A DNA stretch of 61,357 bases, counting the filler, from Globobulimina sp. (Eukaryota), in NCBI GenBank assembly GCA_003354225.1. It is 18 parts of 18 records of this genome, joined end to end, with 100 filler letters (N's around TTAATTAATTAA, not from the genome) between each part and the next. Parts side by side here need not be neighbours in the genome. Positions count along the whole stretch, not along the records: positions 44,400 to 47,711 come from PIVH01003121.1; positions 47,812 to 51,123 come from PIVH01003122.1; positions 51,224 to 54,535 come from PIVH01003123.1; positions 54,636 to 57,946 come from PIVH01003124.1; 14 more parts are not named here. One strand, given 5' to 3'. Every line of letters begins with the position of its first letter. Position 1 is the stretch's first letter. Made by a program: the position numbers and the translations under genes. Below are positions 45,320 through 58,046 of this stretch, one piece after another. The notes under the pieces are model-generated. The model had not been told where the DNA came from. It did no database searches and saw nothing but the letters and a program-made list of their open reading frames with translations.

Positions 45320-46578
45320 TTATGTTGCTTTGTTGCCGGCTTGTTTGCCACTCACAGTCTCGAAGGCTTTGATCCACTCCAACCGCTGCTGGTTATTAAT
45401 CAATAAAAACTTCCAATTCCTGTGCGGCGTATACACTTTGACGCCATATCTCTTCCTATTCGACTTACTCCACGACTTATTCAACAATTTGGTCAACTGC
45501 TTCACATTAAACCTGCCGAGCGGCGCCGATTCGTGCTCGTTATGATAATAACTCATCACGCCGTTAACCTGCAACACGAACCATCTGCGCCGCCACGACT
45601 TGATCATCTTCCCTTCCTTCTGCATATAGCCCTGCTTCACAATGGCCTGCGGGTCCAATTTCTTGCGCTGCTTGCCCGAATTGCCGCTGTTCTCCTTCTC
45701 GATCTGCGCCGCGAGCTCCAACACTGTTTTGTCGATATTGTCATTCGGGTCCGCCACATAAATGTCGCCGTCCTCCTCCTCATACTCCTTATTCTCGCTG
45801 TCGTCCTTCTTATCGTCGCTGTCCTCGTTGTCGTTGCTCTTATTCTCGTCCTTCCAAAACCAGTTCGGCGTCTCATTGAAATCGGGATGCAATGCACGCA
45901 AAAACTCCTCGTAGTCGATGGTGCCGTCGTTGTCCAAGTCCACATCGTCGATAATCTGCAAGATCATATCCACATTGCCGTACGGGTTCAATTCGCGGAT
46001 CTTGGTCTTGAGCATATCCGTCTCGATCTTGCCCGATTCGTTCTCGTCCAAATCGCGGAACGCTTTATATAATCGCACGTCGGACGCGACCAAGTAATCA
46101 TGAACCGCCGCGTTCAACAGATTCTCGAACTCGATCTCGCCCGCTTGGCTCACGTCCAATTCGCGGAACATGGTCTTGATTTTGTTCACGTTCAACTTCA
46201 GGTCGCTTTTCAGCATTCCTTCCTCGAACTCCTCGTACGATATCTTGCCGTTGCCGTCCTTGTCCAACTCCTTGAACATTTCCTTCAGATTCTCGAAGTG
46301 CTTCGGCCGCATATTCTTGTACTGGTCGCGAAACAACGCCGTGATGGCGAACTTGAACTTGTGAGAGGTGGCGAAGTTGGCAAATTGCAGCGTGGTCAAA
46401 TCCATTTGCGACTGCCCGCCGCTGTTTGGCGACGCCGATAATTGATTATCCGCCGTATTGCCGCCTTGGATCCATGGATGTTGTAAGGCTTCTTTTGCAT
46501 TGAGTCGCTTTGCCACATCCTTCTCCATCAAGTTCGCCATGAAGTCCATGCCATTCTTGCTCAATTTGTTGGATATTA
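45320..46578 (-). CDS. CDPK-like protein 3' half: kinase subdomain XI, 4 EF-hand-type loops, PH domain (5' missing)
   Basis: DFMANLMEKDVAKRLNAKEALQHPW. Loops DKDGNGKISYEE and DLDNDGTIDYEE plus two degenerate ones. PH domain VKQGYMQKEGKMIKSWRRRWFVL..WIKAF. Confidence 0.85.
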
Positions 46579-47592
46579 AATAAATGCGTGACACATATTA
46601 TAAAGGTGGCGCCGTCGGTTTTGCGCTTTTGATTGATTGATTGACACAATCTCGTCGTGTCCGCGATGGCAGGCTTGGATTAACAATTCGATCCGCCACA
46701 CGCCATCGTCCTGATAATATTATATTTAATTACATTCACAAAACACAAAACAAAACAAAACAAAACATAATCAAAACGTATCTTGCTTTTCCATGTCTGA
46801 CACATGATTTAAGACTTGAGGCAGCTTACTAGAGTTTTTCGACAGCTTGACATTTTGTGGCTTATTTAGCTGGCATGTACAAACAAAAAGGAATTATAAT
46901 TTGATGATTAAGAAATTGCAATATAATTTGATGATTAACTTAATTTAGCTAGCAGCAGCAGGCAGGTCAGCAACCTATTTAAATATATAAGATTTGAGGA
47001 AGAGAAGAAGGGAAAAATAGATTTGGAGATATAAATCGCATAAACCAATTTTTAATTAATAAGAATAAATATCCAAATCAAATCAATCCATAAAATAACG
47101 TTGTCGAGACAGCCGCAGCCGAATTAGGAACCGGTCAGGCACTGCGTTATAAAGATAAGAATAGGCATGACCCCAATTTCGAATCTAGTTACTGTCAGTA
47201 TGCCGACACCGTGTATTTTGGTCAACGACGGTTGATATTTGAACCAAAACACCTATCCGTAATATTTGCACCAAATTTAATAAACCATTAATTTTATAAT
47301 AGCCATGCTGAATTTCAAAGTCTCTGAAAAAAAGTGTTAATTTGAAGGTTTTGTTTGACTAAAAAAAAAGCAAGATTTTTACATTTTTACATTTGTATTG
47401 ATATCTGTTATTTGTGACAACTAATAATAAATATTATATCATTTTGGTAATATGGCAAGAAATTTCGGAGCCATCCAATAAATTTAAAACAAGGTTGTAT
47501 GTACAACTGAAACAATATACTGCACATATTCGCAAGTCTACAAATACTGTTTCCATTTGACCTTATATTGTTTCTGTCTGACAGTATAGCGT

Positions 47593-47711
47593 TGTCATAT
47601 GACAGTATATTATTTCTATTTGTCCATATTGTGTTTGCAAATCAATGGTATTTACAGCACAATTGGTACAAAGACAGACGCTCTACTTTAAGGTTTGCCG
47701 TACGTATTTCT
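47593..47711. repeat. 119-bp terminal direct repeat, copy 2
   Basis: Identical to 44400-44518. Confidence 0.95.
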
Positions 47712-48024
47712 NNNNNNNNNNNNNNNNNNNNNNNNNNNNNNNNNNNNNNNNNNNNTTAATTAATTAANNNNNNNNNNNNNNNNNNNNNNNNNNNNNNNNN
47801 NNNNNNNNNNNAAAAAAAATGAAAAAAACAATAAACATTACACATACAATTTACCTTTATCCAAAATTACAAATTAGCAAAACAAAAAAATACAAATAAG
47901 ACTGTTTTGCAAGGAAGACAATGCATAATATGAGAAACTTAAAAAAAAACAAAAGCACACAAAAATAATTTAACATCAACATTTGTTTATAAATATAAGG
48001 CATGCTTTCGTCTTCAAATTATAA

Positions 48025-49560
48025 TTACATTTGATTTAATCTCCTTTTCTTTGACGGTGGTTGGCTCGCAGTCGCATTGTTGGCATTGTTGTCAGTCTGC
48101 GACACCGTGCTCGTTGCATCCGCATTGATATTAATATTATTAATCCCGCCCTGATTGGGAGCAATGATTTGGTTTTCTGAGGTTTTAATCACTTTTAAAT
48201 GCGGTTTGTTATCAAATGTGGGATTCCCGTTGGTCGGACAATTCTTGATCCAATGCCCTTGCACACCGCACCGATGACAGATATAATTCGCTGGCGGCGG
48301 CTTGGTATAATCCTGTTGTTGTTGCGTATTCAATGGACATTCTTGGATCCAATGGCCGAGCACATTGCATTTATGGCACACATAATTGGCCGGCGGTGGG
48401 TTTTTGATGCCGTTCATTCCGTTCATTCCGTTCATGCCCATATTCATATTCATTCCGGCCATGGCATTCATGGCATTCATGGACGACGAGGACGAGGAGG
48501 AATGCGCCGCATTCATGGCATTGAGCTGATTCATTGTATTGATCTGACTCATTTGATTACCATTCAATTGCGATAATAATGAATTGTTGCTCGGGATGGA
48601 GGAGGCTAAGGATTGTCCGCCGGATAAGGCTTGCGAGAATTGTTGGTTATGCAACATTGGACTCATTGTTGTGGCGCCACAATCGGACACATAATGGCCT
48701 GATAATCCGCATAATGGACATATATAATTTAATGGAGGTTGCGTTGAGGTTTTGTGTATGTTTGGCGTGGAGACTGTTGGTACAATACCTGAGCCACTGT
48801 ACATTGTGCAAATAATAGTTAGTAATGCCAAGGAACGCAAATTCGCAGTTCGTGTACGTAAAAATAATATAATAAAAATAAAATGATTAATTCAAAATAA
48901 TAAAAATAAAATGATTGAAAAATAAAATGTAATACCAATTCACAGGAAAAGATTGAAATAAACACCAAAATACGCGGTAAAATATGTAAAATATGTCAAA
49001 AAAAAACAAAACAAAACAAAGTAAAAGGATCAGCTCGAAAATAGCAAACGGTGCAAGGATAATGTTATAAAAAAGGAGGCTGCAATTTGCAAACTGCAAA
49101 ATTAGAAAAGCAAAATCAAAAATGTCATGTAAAAAGTTGTACTTATTTAGGATCAAAAGCAAAAAACAAAAAAAACGAACGAATCCCAAATACCATTTAA
49201 ATTTGGCCAATAAAACAAATGGTAATCGTAATGGCACAGCAATGTCAAACAAGAAAAAACAATTAAAAGTGTCAAAAGTTATAACTATTTCCTTTTTGTG
49301 GTGGTTTTATTTGTAATTTTAATGATTAAATACCTTAGTCCCTGAAGATAGGTCATGTCGATCATTCGCAATAAAGTACGAATTTCAGCAGCACTCATCG
49401 GTAACATCGTTGCTTGTTTGTTTGGGGTTTGCATTATTTGGTTTTCGGCGGCTTGCAATTTGGCTTTTAACGAATCTAATTCGCCCGTTGTAAAAGTATA
49501 TGGTAACACTGCCTGTTGTAATAACAAACCACTTTGCAATGGATTTGTTAATAAACTCAT
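48025..49560 (-). CDS. Protein with three RBBP6/Mpe1-type CCHC zinc knuckles (intron 48797-49333)
   Basis: PPLNYICPLCGLSGHYVSDC, PPANYVCHKCNVLGHWIQEC and PPANYICHRCGVQGHWIKNC. C-terminal NLS PPSKKRRL. In-frame GTATTT...TACAG intron. Confidence 0.8.
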
Positions 49561-49700
49561 TTTGTGGTGCTATTGGTGGTTAGTTTTTTTTTACGAACGG
49601 ACGGTTGAGGTGAGGCGGAGCTATGTGATGTTACAAGAGAATGTGAAGTAAGTTTTTACCAAAAAGTTAGTTTTAAAAATCATGGTTTTAAGCTTTTTAG

Positions 49701-51123
49701 TTACACGGCACGATAAATTTTAACGTCTTCATGTTTATCAATACAATTTTTAATTAGTTGCCTCTTTTCTTGTATTGATGAAATCTGAATATAATCATGA
49801 ATATATTTGTTCTTTTTTGCAATGATCTGAGCTTGCATTAAATCATGATTTTCTGTAAAAAATATGATAAAATCACAATAACTCTCGAGGAAGATAGTAG
49901 AAGCCATGAACTCTACAAAATATTGCAGTTGCGATTCAATATCAATCGTAAAGTCAACAATAAAATTGATTAATTTCTCTTTTCCCAGCATTGTTTGTTT
50001 AATATTATAATAAAATTGAATATATTCGTAATAAGAATCTAAAATACGATTTATTCCAACACCCAAACGATAATGTGCTTTCATACTCGAATCGCCAATC
50101 AAAACAACTGGCATCTTATTCTTAGCCAATTTAATTGATCTTTTTGCTAAAAATATTCTATGATTTAACAACATTATCTGTTTCTGTCTGGTTATAAAAT
50201 CCCCCTCTCCTTCAATTGGAGCTGATGATATTAAATATTTATTTTGTAATTCTGTCACTGTTAATGGTGGATATTGTAAATAATGTTTAGTTGTATTCAA
50301 TACAATCGACCATAATACATCTAAATCTTTTGCAGAGATCGGAAAGTATGTAAATATTGTATTTAAATACATCTTTTTGTACAATATTTACATACTTTTC
50401 GATGCATTATGATTTAAAAATATTTGCATTTGACAATCATTGTAATAAAATCGTTTGAAAACAGTATGAACGCCTTCGACATAAAATGACGCAGAAAAGG
50501 GGTCAAGAACTCTATTGTCTGCGCCAGTGATTAATTGCGGACAATTATGTGAATCGTATGCATTATTTTCATCAAATAAATTATTATCTAAATATTTAAC
50601 AGTTTTAAAATTAATTAACAAAGATATTTGTTTTAAATCATCCACTTCTAAAGATACTGCTTTATTTTTGTTGGTCACAAATCTCGAAATATCAACAATA
50701 TTTTTTTGAATCCATCCCATATTATAAATATTTCGAATGGAACTATGAGTTCCATCACAACCAATAATCAAACTAAACTGTTCCAATCTAAACATATTGT
50801 CAGAAACATTAATATCTAATTGAGAAATATCCTCATTACTAATGTGTAAATCTGCAATATTTTCACCACAGTTCCATATTTTTGGTTGAATATTAATATT
50901 AATATCAAGCAATGTATTATTTAAAATAACAGCAATATTTTCAAAGCCTCTGCAATGACCAAGATATTGATGGTTATATTCAATATCAATACCTGTGATA
51001 TACACAGTTTTTGCTAGAAATCGTTCCAAAACAAATGTTGGTAATAGAATCGTAGTTAAATTATAATTAGTTTCATTCAGATATCTCACATTTTGTGTGT
51101 CGAAAGCAAGCTCCTCAAATAAT
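49701..51123 (-). CDS. FAD-dependent monooxygenase-like protein (5' cut; intron from 50395 to 50327 or 50321)
   Basis: DG motif LIIGCDGTHSSIR and GD motif VVLIGDS..HYRLGVGIN. Confidence 0.7.
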
Positions 51124-51223
51124 NNNNNNNNNNNNNNNNNNNNNNNNNNNNNNNNNNNNNNNNNNNNTTAATTAATTAANNNNNNNNNNNNNNNNNNNNN
51201 NNNNNNNNNNNNNNNNNNNNNNN

Positions 51224-52203
51224 TGCTTCATAAATTGAAGATGTGTTTGTATACATTCGCTTTCATGTTTTTCCTTCTCTTTCCGTTTGATTTTATGACA
51301 GCCATATTTCATATATTCACATTCGATCAACATCTCACAACACTCATTCTTTATATGTTTAATCATATCCTTTCGATACATTTCTTTATTGCAATGTACA
51401 CATTTTATCATTGCCATACTACAATCATTCAATAAATGATTCTCCAAATATCCTTTCGATATTTTTATAATCTTACATTGCGGACAAGGAATGGGTTGAT
51501 ATTGACATTTCTCACAATGCAAATCCATACATTTACGTTTTACTTTTTCTTTGCATCCAACCGAGGCATAACGACAATTAATAGATACAAACAAACATTG
51601 ATTCATATGTTCTGCCACATCGCCATGCCGTCCAATCCAATCACAAAACTCAGTCATGTCCACTTTATATTTCTTGGGTGCAGGTTCACCATCGAACTCA
51701 TTTCCTTTTCTCTTTTTCCCAGCAACTTTCTCTTTATTTGCATCAATGACTTGTTGCAAGGTTAATATTACTTTATTTGCCTCTTCATTGCTTATTGGAC
51801 TTATTTCGTTGGTGTTTTGTTGGTTATTTCGTTCGTGTTGTTTGTTGTTATATGAATATGGACATTTCACCAGTAATTCATTTATTTTTCTTAGGATGAA
51901 GGGTATTTCTACTATGGATGAGGGAGAAAATAGCTCAGTGCATATCGGGCATTTCAAGTTATGGATTGGTGTGGATTGGATTAATTTATTTATGCATGGT
52001 TTACAAAATAAATGGCCTCCATTGCATCCAATCTATATAAGGAAAGAAGAGAGAGTTTATTGATTTGGAAAAAATACGTAAGCAACGACTACCTGGACAG
52101 GCTGTTTCATTATGTCTTGGCAAATTACACAAAAATACTCGTGAGCTGCATTAATGTCAACAAAATGTGGTTGGCGCATTGATGATACTGACGACGCCAT
52201 CAT
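51224..52203 (-). CDS. RING plus TRAF-type zinc finger protein (intron 52033-52092, 3' cut)
   Basis: Spliced CVICQDIMKQPVQIGCNGGHLFCKPC..CPIC. Repeated H...C...I.C..C zf-TRAF units (CRYASVGC, CEYMKYGC). Confidence 0.88.
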
Positions 52204-52439
52204 TTTAACAAAAACTTTAGTTGACTTAAAATTTTTTCAAACAACAAAATCTGTCCATCTCAAACGGATCTCCGGCCCGATTGCCACTATAATGCAGTAT
52301 ATAAAATTATCTTTGTCAGAGATAGTCATTTTATATTACTTAACTAAGTACATAGAATTATAAATTAAAAATCAAACATAAAATACAAGAATGTCACGTT
52401 TACGTAAACATTTACTATACATACACACATAAACAGTTA

Positions 52440-54535
52440 TTATACAACTTTGATTTTTGGAGAAGAATCTTGTAATAAAGTGACTAAATTTTCACATTGC
52501 TCTTGTCGAGCCATGGCTTGTTTGGTTGCGGCAGATTCATCCGGTAATAGTAAACGTACACAAATCATCGCCATTAACATACCCAAACAAATTAAGAAAT
52601 ACCAAATAATTTTACCAGATATCTTCAAACCTAACACAACTTCCGGCAAATTGGTATCCCACGCAATGACCACCATATTGCTGAATATAGCCAAGGTATT
52701 AAATATAGACAACACCGCCCTCCATACACCAATGCCGTCAGCACCCAAAGGAAAGGGCCTCTGCGCTCCCGTCAAGTTATAAACATCAATTCTTATCTCA
52801 ACAATGGCATTGATATATGCTAACAATGGCATTAACGGCAAAACCACCGCAAATACGATAATATACCCTTGCAATATAACAATCTCTGCGACATTATCCA
52901 ATGTGGATGCTAATTTCGGGGAATTTATCTGCCGTTCAATATCAACAATAATCATCGGATCTAAGCCCCCAGTAAACCGTGGATCTTTTAACTCGCCTTC
53001 GGGATCACTGATATCTAAATTGATCTCAATCCGCTCCGATGTGTCAGCAATATGTAGTCCTTTTGTTTGTTATTCGCAGCATATTCGATCACGCATTATT
53101 TACAAAGTATACTCGGATCGACAGGTTTGATGCAAGTATGTTTCATAAATAATGCGTGAAAAAGCTGTACCTGCTTCGACATTTTGTGCTAAGTCATTTT
53201 TCTTTTTCCTTTGTTTACACTGTCGAATCCATTTAGGTATTTGCGGTATGACAACTTCTAAGAAATTTAATAAAACAATGGATGTAATGAACAAAGTGGC
53301 TAATTGTATCCGTAATGAATTTAATCGATCTTGATTGTCAACGTACGAGTCATCATAAAATGCCATATAAAATAAGGAATTGAAGGAATTTACCACCATG
53401 AAAATGATACGTTTAATCACTAAATGATTATAATAATCTTCCACTAAGCGATGCTCTTCAAAATTATTCAAAGCAGACGCTAATTTCATATATAATACAT
53501 TGAATACTTTAATTTGAATGGCATTAATGATACCGATCGCCATTTTAAACTCCGGATTGTCCTTCCATCTCCTTTTCAAAATCCAGATGGTTCCCACCAC
53601 AGTAATCACCACAGCAATACACAAAACTGTATCAATTCAAATATATTTACAATTGTATTAAAAATAAACAACATACCCATGGTACTGAGGGAAAACACGA
53701 TTTTGGCATAATATTTAAGGATATTCCTATGATCCTCAATAATATCACCGTTATACGGGGACACTTTCACTTTGCCTCTGAAGGTAGGCCGTGGTACTTC
53801 GGTCTGTCGATACCTACACATCCCCCATTTATATAACAATGCGCGTTCTTTTCGATACCAGGTCTCGATCATCATGGTACTCCACATAATGCAAATCAAG
53901 ACATAAAATGTGGAGCCACCCACCGAAATTGTGCCGGAGCCCAATTGTATGATGAACCAAATTAAGCCAATTACAACCATCGGCCACATAGATTGTAAAT
54001 AATGGATTAAAAACGCATAATAATATGCAATATCTTCACCAAAATATTCACGGAGATCGTCATTTAGAAACCTATAATTTGCCTTATTTACCCAACCAAA
54101 TTGAAATAATTTCTGCGCAAATTTTGGTACACTGACTGTCATCAAATTGCTGCATTTTGATTTATTTATATCTTTAACATTGGGCCGGTTTGGATAAAAT
54201 TTATGATTGTCATATTCGTGGAGCGCGAATACCGTTAAAAAAGGGTTGTTTTTGTCTCTTAAATACCGATCCAACGCAAAATTAGCACCTCTCATATTAT
54301 AATCGTCGACCAAACAGGAATATAATATGCGTAAATACATTCGATGCGTCACCACTGTTTTATACGAATGGTTATTTGCGGCGGGATACAACTCATAAAT
54401 GTTATACTGTGAAGGATCATTTTTGATCGAAAATTCAAATGGAATATGCATATTATTCCAACATTCAATCGGCAATTTTTGAACCTCTTCTCCTCTGTCA
54501 ACAACTGGTAATATAAGCACAACAAACTTTAATTC
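52440..54535 (-). CDS. Anoctamin/TMEM16 family protein (introns 53627-53676, 53060-53170; 5' cut)
   Basis: REYFGEDIAYYYAFL, ETWYRKE..W, FEEHR..K..F.VVNSFNSLFYMAF, EIVILQGY..F..PL.PLLA.IN..EIRID and IGVW. Confidence 0.9.
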
Positions 54536-54663
54536 NNNNNNNNNNNNNNNNNNNNNNNNNNNNNNNNNNNNNNNNNNNNTTAATTAATTAANNNNNNNNN
54601 NNNNNNNNNNNNNNNNNNNNNNNNNNNNNNNNNNNAAAATACAAACCAACGCCACAACAACCA

Positions 54664-57600
54664 ATGTCTCAACCCCAATCATTTTCTAATTACACATATC
54701 CAGTTCAACAATATGCACATCCACAATATCAACATCCCGCACAACCGCAATATCAACACCCCACACAACTGCAATATCAATATCCAGCAAACGCACACAA
54801 CCCACACCCATCTCAATACAATATGCGTCCCAGAAATGATTCCACCAAACAATATTATGACAATCCAAAAAGGTATAAAACAAAAAAATAAAAATAAAAA
54901 TAATATTCCATTTCCATCCTCGCACCCAAACAACACACAGACGACAGCCACAAACCAAAAAATCGCCCTCCCCACAACTTGAACAGTGTCATTTATCTGA
55001 AAACAACAATACTTTGCCACCACCAATCCTGTTCAAACTGCGCGAGGCTGAAGAAAAGATCAAAGAACAGAGCACCAACAAACAAGTGACAAAAACACTG
55101 ATTTCCGTTGGAAAATGTAGTGGATATTTATTTGGATCCGTTAGCATCCAAAAAGAAGCAGTTCCTGGCGATATTGCAATGTCATACACCATCCAAACAA
55201 ACAGCAAAACTGGCAAACGCATGGCAGTAATCTCCATCAAATGCAATGACACTCATTTAGGTCAAGCAGACGCCAAATTAGTGGCGATTTTTGCTGATCT
55301 GCTGCGCCAAAAACGGATTAAATTGACTGGTAAGATCATCGAAGCTGATTTGGAGTCATACAAAAAACGGCTGCCACCCAATAAATTTGTGCGTAAGTTA
55401 CTCATTCAAGTGGATGCCGAATATGACGCTATATTGCCAATGGTACAGCGGTCGCGGAGGAAAGTTAAAAATTGGAAATGGTTCCAGCAATCTATTTGTT
55501 TGCAGTACTTTGAGAATGAACGCGTGGAATATAACAAATTGTTGGATGAGATCATGGAAAGTATCAGTAACTGCACAGAGATCTATTCCACAAACATATT
55601 GACGCTGGAAAACAATTTTAGCGCTGCTTTTGCGAATGACATAACAGCAGACGATTTGGATGGGATCGACCCTTTTGAGGAGATTGTTACTCGCAAATTG
55701 TTACAGCATCAACGTGTCGGCATGCAATGGATGACAATGCGCGAAAATTTTGACGCCGACGATGATGATGAATTGCCACCATTTTATAAGGAAATTGAAG
55801 ATAAGGAAACTGGTGATATACGGTATATAAATTTGTTGAATGACGAAGAATGTGATGACTTACCAGAGCTGGGTTGTGGTGGCATTTTAGCGGATGATAT
55901 GGGTTTAGGCAAAACACTGCAATGCATCGCATTGGTTGCTTCAAACAGTGATTATCAAAATGACCGGGAAAATGGGGGTGGTCCAACACTGATTGTTGCG
56001 CCATTGACAGTGATCGGAAATTGGGTGTCGCAGATTGGAGACCATTGCGCTAAAAACGCTTTCCGGATAATGATATATCATGGACCGAATAGGGAGAAGG
56101 ATTTAGACATAATCTCGTCGTACAACATTGTGATCACTACGTATGATATCGTAGCGTTGGAGTTTTGTGACGAGAATGACGAGAATCGCGAGGAAATGCG
56201 CAAACATTATGGCTGCGGACTGCAATATGTCAACTGGCTGCGGGTTGTATTGGATGAAGCGCATAAAATACGTTCGCGCAAAACGCGAGTGTTCAAAGCG
56301 TGCAATGCATTGGTCAGTAAAAGCAGATGGTGTTTGACCGGCACTCCGGTGCAGAACAGATTGGATGATTTGTATTCGCTGTTTTGTTTTTTGAAGCTGC
56401 AGCCCATTGCGGATAAATCGTTTTGGAACAAGTTTATTATCCACCCGCTGAAGAATGGGAGTTCCGTCGGATTTGATCGTTTGAGGTACACATGTTTATG
56501 AATACACATATTTTCAACACAAAATTAAACCATTTGCATTGCTGTGCTTTAAGGCAAATTATGAAGCAATTATGTTTGCGACGCGATAAAAGCATGAAGA
56601 TTGACGGTAAGCCAATCATTTCCATCCCAGACAAAATACTTAAAACACGAATGTTAGAATTCATCCCATCGGAAAAAGAGCAGTACGGTCAGTTGATGGC
56701 CATTCACAAAGCGGCATTTAATCGAATGCGACAACGCGGCGATAAGGAGATAATGAGGAATTTTAGTTCTGTGTTGTCAATGTTGTTGCGATTACGCCAA
56801 TGTTGCGCGCATACTCTGTTAGTGCCGGAGTTGAATGGTATCACCAGTCTGAATTTGAATATTTCCGTGGTTGAAGACGCAAATCAAGAATGTGCGTCGT
56901 GTGGACAGACCCCAGATTGCGCCACATTGACGGTTTGCAATCACGTGTATTGTAAAGATTGCTTTTTATACGAATTAGAGGTTCATAATGGTACCTTTCC
57001 GTGCACGCTATGCGGGGATAAATTAACCAAATCATCCATATCTGAGACAAAAGAGCAACACAAAGAGCAACCTGAAGAAGATGAGGGAGAGGAAGAGGAG
57101 GAGAAAACGGAGAAAAAGAAGAAGAAAAAATATAAGAAATTCGTAGTGCCCACGGATATACACATTGAGCCATCGACGAAAATGCAAGCATTGATATCGG
57201 ATATAAAGTCATGGAGAGGCGCAGAAGTTGGTGGTTTGCCAAATAAAGCAGTTGTATTTAGGTATATTTTTGCTATATTTGTATCCATATTTGTTTGTAT
57301 TGGGTTTTTAAATGAAAATGAAGTCAATGGACATCAGTGTTGGATATATTGGCGGTGTGTTTGGATAATGAAGATATAGTATATGAGAGATTGGATGGTA
57401 GCATGTCTCGGTCGACGAGAGAAGCCGCAATGGATAACTTTCGACAACAATTGGACATTCCAGTATTTTTAATGTCGCTGAAAGCGGGTAATTTAGGCGT
57501 AAATATGACTGTGGCTAATCATGTTTATATGTTAGATCCGTGGTGGAATCCAGCCACTGAGGACCAGGCTGTTGATCGGGTTTATCGGTTGGGCCAGAAA

Positions 57601-57780
57601 AGAAATGTTCATGTCAACCATTTTGTGATTAAAGATTCTGTGGAAGAAAAGATATTAAAAATACAACTGCGGAAAAGGAAATTAATTTCATCGGCGCTGG
57701 GACAGTCTAAAGAAGACTTGAAACAGGAAAGGAAAAAAGAATGGTTGCAAGATTTAAAAGACTTATTTACTGCAAAATAA
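54664..57780 (+). CDS. Rad5/HLTF-family SNF2 helicase with RING finger (introns 54873-54940, 56486-56553, 57262-57323)
   Basis: GGILADDMGLGKT, TLIVAP, VVLDEAH, RWCLTGTPVQN, LLRLRQCCAH, RING CASC..CNHVYCKDC..CTLC, FSQW, LKAGNLGVN and DPWWNPATEDQAVDRVYRLGQ. Confidence 0.93.
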
Positions 57781-58046
57781 TGTTTCAATTCATTTTGATG
57801 CTCTTCAAAAAGTTGACAAGTAATTAGTTTATCTATCTTGCGTAATATAATTTGTATAAATAAAGGCTAAAAAAAACACTATCACAAATCGAGCATAATC
57901 ATAAAAACATATGTTCGAACTTGCAGCAACATAGTACAGTGCGCAANNNNNNNNNNNNNNNNNNNNNNNNNNNNNNNNNNNNNNNNNNNNTTAATTAATT
58001 AANNNNNNNNNNNNNNNNNNNNNNNNNNNNNNNNNNNNNNNNNNNN

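Noticed and set aside
45422..46441. Long antisense ORFs over the CDPK-PH exon (also 12514-13535)
   Set aside because: Expected from GC3-rich codon usage on the coding strand.
47100..47250. GC-richer non-coding patch as a tRNA or snRNA
   Set aside because: No cloverleaf, T-loop or Sm-site pattern recognisable by eye. It needs an Rfam scan.
3318..58046. Regularly spaced N44-TTAATTAATTAA-N44 motif, and ORFs ending in X..LIN
   Set aside because: Artificial concatenation linker. Spacing reflects length-sorted contigs, so cross-contig gene clusters (e.g. M6PR-like next to Stealth) are not real linkage.
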